DNA of 64,000 nt from Podarcis cretensis (Eukaryota). The notes under the pieces were generated by a model. The model was given only the letters and a program-made list of their open reading frames with translations, made no database searches and was not told where the DNA came from. Of the stretch, positions 59,318 to 64,000 are shown in pieces. Both the position numbers and the translations under genes were made by a program. The stretch spans positions 103,478,001-103,542,000 of the forward strand of contig OX638149.1 in assembly GCA_951804945.1 (NCBI GenBank), given 5' to 3'. Positions within the stretch are counted from its first letter, which is position 1. Each line of letters starts with the position of its first letter.

Positions 59318-61049
59318 CCTACAGTCTCCAAGGATATCAAGAGGCAGGACTCCATGAAGACACATCTACCAGTTTGTAGTTATCTGCAGAGGGTTTGTGC
59401 TTTCCTGGCAACACAACAGACCTCCCTGGTGGTGCCATTTTACGAATCTTTAGGTCGCTGTTGGGGAAGTGCTTTCTCAGTGTGCTAACTGGGGTACTGG
59501 AGTTTTCTGCTTAGACAATATCAGGAACAAAACAAAATGCAGGCTTCTTATTACCTGGGATGGTCTCCAGTTCTGTGTCCATCTCACTAGGTCAGTGTCT
59601 CAAAGCTTTCCCATCCTTTCCCTCCACCCTAGGGCCCGCCACATGCTGATTTCTCAACTTGTCTTCTTCTGAGTCCACTTGCCTCTCTTCATGATCTGTT
59701 GGCTCCCTCACCCCCTCCTGTGGGTGAGAAATTAAAGTGTCAAAGTGTGAGAAGAATAGAGTTCTCCCTCCATCTGGTGGTGTCGGTGTAGGCAAGGGCC
59801 AGATTTTATTTGGCCTTCCGAGGACAATTCTCCACAGTGCTCGGCTCCTGTGGCAGATCCCAGCACTGCGCCTCTTGCTGGTGAGGCATTTCAGCACGGG
59901 AATTAGCATCTTCTGAATTCTCTGCCTTTTGCTGGGGGGTGGGGAGGAGTGGGGGAGGAAAACCTCAGCCCCAATTGCAAATGATATAAAAGCTGAATAT
60001 GTTTAAAGGCGTAGTGAAGGAGGTATTAAATGGTTGCTGCTTGAAGTGAAGTGACGCGGACATATTAAAACTATGAATTCTTAATTAGGCTGTTTATTAA
60101 AAGTCAACAAACCTTATACATAACAATATGGCATCTATCTGTGTTCAAAGACTGTAAATTACTTTTTTGCAGTTGAAAGGAAATAGGTTTTACAGTAATT
60201 CCTGTTCTATTCTTTGCAAAAATAAATAGAGTCTTAAAATAATATGAGGTACATTATTTTTATAGGCAGTGGTAACAGATTTGCACTTTTAATTTGACTG
60301 TGTTAAATGTTATGGAAGAAGGAGGTCACATTAGGGTGAACTGTCTTTATTGTTATCCTAATACATTTAAAAGGAGACATTCAAGTCATACTAATTTGTG
60401 TGATAATAACACCCTCATCAGGGCAGTCCAGAGCCGGGGAAACTGCTTCATCTTATTCACCCTTTGACTGAGTTATATTACATGTATTACCATGCATTAG
60501 GACTCTATGTAAATGTGCCATCCTTTGAATCTTGCTTTACGAAGAGAGCTCGCTCATTGCTTTCTAGCATTATACAGGTACTCATTCCCTGGTATTATTG
60601 AGGCGACTTTCAAAGTCAATCAATGCCTGTGATAAATGGCAATCCATTTCATGAGCGTTACTGTTTCTTTATATTTTGCTTCAAGCAATATTATTCAGTA
60701 GGAAAAAAACCCCAAAACCTGGCTTTACAGGATGGATTATTTCAAAAGATTTGCAATATTTCCCTCACATTTCCAAATGTTAGCCTAGGATGGCTTTTAA
60801 TGAGTCTCTGAAATAAGGTAGCATCTGTTTTTATTATCTGATGCTTTTTGCATGAGCCAGCAGTAGATACAGATTCTCCTGCCACCCAAAATGCAGAATT
60901 GAGTCTGATAAGGCTGCTGTTAAATGTTTGGTTGGCCCCATAATAAGACACCAATTACCAACAACTTGATTCTGGAGGAAAGAGCCTATTGGTTGGGAAT
61001 GGGGTGAACCAGGGGGAATTGAACCAGAGGGAATTGATCCTGACTAAAT

Positions 61050-61399
61050 GGGACGTGGGTGGCGCTCTGGTCTAAACAGAGCCTAGGGCTTGCCGATCAG
61101 AAGGTCGACGGTTTGAATCCCTGCAACGTGGTGAGTTCCCGTTGCTCGGTCCCTGCTCCTGCCAACCTAGCAGTTGGAAAGCACGTCAAAGTGCAAGTAG
61201 ATAAATAGGTACCACTCTGGTGGGAAGGTAAACGGCGTTTTCGTGCACTGCTCTGGTTTGCCAGAAGTGGCTTAGTCATACTGGCCACATGACCTGGAAG
61301 CTGTACGCCAGCTCCTTCGGCCAATAAAGCGAGATGAGCGCCACAACCCCAGAGTCGTCCACAACTGGACCTAATGGTCAGGGGTCCCTTTACCTTTAC
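61050..61399 (+). mobile_element. Sauria SINE, full length
   Basis: Head, B-box and tail as in the other copies; TSD CTAAATGGGAC (61044-61054 and 61400-61410). Confidence 0.9.
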
Positions 61400-61708
61400 C
61401 TAAATGGGACAAATGAGTGGGTTATGTGGAGTGCTCAAAGTGGGGTAGAATGCTGGCCGGTTTCTTTTCATGTGGTCCCATAGCCATCCCATGTCTTTTC
61501 AAGCAGAAACAATTGAGCCTTCCTACTTCACTTTTGCCCTGCCCCTCCCATTCTGAAACCACCCCACTTTCTTCAAAATCATCCCACTTCCTTTATACAC
61601 TGAGTCTGAACACTAAATAGAGGCATGCATCTGATGGATGAGGCCTACATTTTCCTAGCAGTGAACATAGTCACTTGGACCAAACAATGACCTTTTGTCA
61701 CATTCTCA

Positions 61709-62211
61709 AAGACCCTCCAAGTGTCCCTATTTTCCAGGAACAGAAGCTGTCCTGGTTTCTGATTTGATCATGGAATGCCTTGCTTTTCCTTAGGACGTCC
61801 CTATTTTCATCAGAGAAATGTTGGAGTGTATAGTAGGAAGTCCTTATTTTCATTGGAGAAATGTTGGAGTTATCCGACCCCTGAGCCATCTGAAGGCAGC
61901 CTTGTGTAGGGAAGGGTGTGTTTTTTTTAAAAAAAATTAATGTTTAATTATGTTTTTGCCTATGCTGGAAGCAGCCCAGAGTGGCTGGGGCAACCCAGTC
62001 AGATGGGCAGGTAATAATAATAATAATAATTGTTGTTTGTTGTTGTTTAGTCGTTTAGTCGTGTCCGACTCTTCGTGACCCCATGGACCAGAGAACGCCA
62101 GGCACTCCTGTCCTCCACTGCCCCCCGCAGCTTGGTCAGACTCATGCTGGTAATAATAATAATAATAATAATGACGTATCTATTTTCATCAGGGAAATGT
62201 TGCAGGGCATG
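61709..62211. mobile_element. composite hAT-like element containing an L2 3' tail
   Basis: Left end GACCCTCCAAGTGTCCCTATTTT; right-end motif CTATTTTCATCAGAGAAATGTTGGAG present three times (~61795, ~61838, ~62173); L2 tail at ~61889-62030. Confidence 0.6.
62031..62151 (-). mobile_element. BovB (RTE-clade) LINE extreme 3' end
   Basis: Minus strand ACCAGCATGAGTCTGACCAAGCTGCGGGGGGCAGTGGAGGACAGGAGTGCCTGGCG...CATGGGGTCACGAAGAGTCGGACACGACTAAACGACTAAAC(AAC)n, the BovB terminus; GGTAATAATAAT... is duplicated on both sides. Confidence 0.8.
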
Positions 62212-64000
62212 CTGTCATATGAATTCTCATTTTATTTTTGGACATTTCAAATCCCCCAAAATATATGGTGACCATTTCTGTGCCATCAGTCTTCAGATGG
62301 AGATTTCTGAGATTTACCAAATCCTTGAGAATTTAGCCCTTTCATAGAGCTCTAGAATGCAATAAATCTCAGAACGTGACACCCAACAACATATTTCCTG
62401 AGAGGAAATATTCACCATACAAAAAGCTTTTACATAAAAAGTTACATTATTGCTACTTTGCCAGGATGAGAATAAATATGAAAATCGTTCCAAAAATCAG
62501 AAGTTTTGCCTTTGGCAGGGAAAATGTGGATATTCACTTTGAAATGTTTTATGGGAAGCAGCTCAGAAAACGAATTAAATCAATTAGTCAAACCAATCAA
62601 CTATTTTAAAATTAGGATGTTTAACAATTAAGAATTACGATATTTAAATTTTGCCAAATGGTATAACTGAAGTGTGTTCAGAAGTGCTGCAAATTTTCAC
62701 TCACAGAGAAATACTCAATATTATCTCATTTTTTTGAAAAAAACAACAACTTGCTTTCTGGTTTTTTCTCCCTTTAAAAACCCCCATTTTTGTTTATATT
62801 TTAAGCTTTCAGTGAACAGAAGGTATAAAAATGAAAAAGCAGAAAGAAAAGGCAAGAAAAACCAAGCGCTGCACCCACACACCGGCCAGAAGCACTGAAA
62901 TATTTTTAAAAAGGATAATTTCCACTCCAAAAAGCTTAGCCTTGAAAAGAGATATTTGTACGCTTGATACAAATTGATTAACTTTGTTTGACTTCGCCTG
63001 TTTTGTCACCTATAGCTAAACTTTCACAAAAATCACAGTATTCAGAGTTGAAGGAAGGGGGGGGGGGAGAGAGAGAAGCCAGACACTCTTTTGAGTGTCT
63101 AGCTTGAAATCTTTGCAGATTCCTGTTCAGTAGCTCTTGCCATATGTGCTGCAGGAAGAAGTGCTGCGCAACAAGCTATAGATAGAATGTCATCTTTGAA
63201 ATTTTCCACTTCCGTTGATTTCTATCCCATGAATGTTACATAAAAAGTACCTTTCTCCCCCTCCCCTCCCCCTTGGCGTTAATATTACATAACTCTGGAA
63301 ACGGCTGTGGTCACTTTGTTGCTCCCAGCTCCCATTTAAGAGATTAAAGGGGGAAAGTGAGTTTCACCCGTGTTATTGCATTACCTGGTTTAGCATGTTC
63401 AGCTGAATTATTAATTTTCTGTCTTGTTAAATACTAGATTCATGGCTTTTGCTGGAAGTGAAAATGCATGCAATGTAAAAATATGCTGGAAAGCAGTTGC
63501 ACGGAACGTCGTCAAGCTTAGGGAGTGCATGGTTTTCGTGTGTGACAGTGACAAGTTTCTTAAAAACAGGATCAGCTGTCATTTTCACACAGTTTATCTT
63601 TTAGGACTTACTGTAAGTGACGCCTTTTAAACTTTAGTAGACAGTTGAGGAATTTGGACTGAATAATTTATGCATAACAAATGCCATAAAGGTCAGGAAA
63701 GTGGTGAGCAGACCTGCCTGCAGAATTATTTAACACCCACTTGGTCCATTGAAGCTATTTAAAATTACCTTTTGTTAAAAGCCATCGTTATTAGCTAGAA
63801 TTGGCCAGGAAGTTCTCCTAGAAACTGCATCAGAGCAGAAGCTCATAGCAGAGCGGTGCTCTTTGAGCTGCCCCACTTTGCTTCATAGAGTTCTGGACTG
63901 GAGAACTTTCCAGCAGAGAGCAGCATTAGTGAAGACCTGACAACCTGGGACTATCAAACTGAACACAGCCCACACAGCCCACCAAGCACAATAACTTACC

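Noticed and set aside
61795-62211. Three spaced ~30-bp repeats superficially like a CRISPR array
   Set aside because: Eukaryotic context, irregular spacing and no cas genes; they are transposon termini.
63994-64000. Minus-strand consensus splice donor G|GTAAGT at the window edge
   Set aside because: Any exon would lie outside the window, so it cannot be assessed; such 7-mers also occur by chance.

Overview
This is non-coding vertebrate DNA, almost certainly from a squamate and probably a lacertid lizard. The basis is four Sauria SINE copies, Squam3-like SINEs, a BovB 3' end, and lizard-type CR1/L2/L1 LINEs and hAT/mariner MITEs. I recognise no host protein-coding gene, rRNA, functional tRNA or CRISPR array; the window reads like a large intron or gene desert. 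The only real long ORF (25467-27551) is the RT plus C-terminal part of ORF2 of a young, 5'-truncated L1. Most other short ORFs are chance frames, microsatellites or repeat read-through. The most notable structures are: (1) a three-layer nest, L2 tail <- Sauria SINE <- L1, with both target-site duplications (TSDs) readable; (2) tRNA-Lys/CR1-tail SINE copies 37 kb apart that share an unexplained ~72-nt leader upstream of the tRNA head; (3) an 803-bp solo LTR with a 4-bp TSD inside a palindromic MITE; (4) a decayed Penelope hammerhead-ribozyme motif inside an old CR1; (5) a hAT-like element carrying an L2 tail, a triplicated terminus and a BovB insert; (6) several repeat-free, CpG-retaining, TAAT-rich blocks that look like conserved regulatory elements, two with plausible cassette/micro-exon signals. 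Family names come from my recognition of motifs, not database searches, and ends of old elements are approximate.
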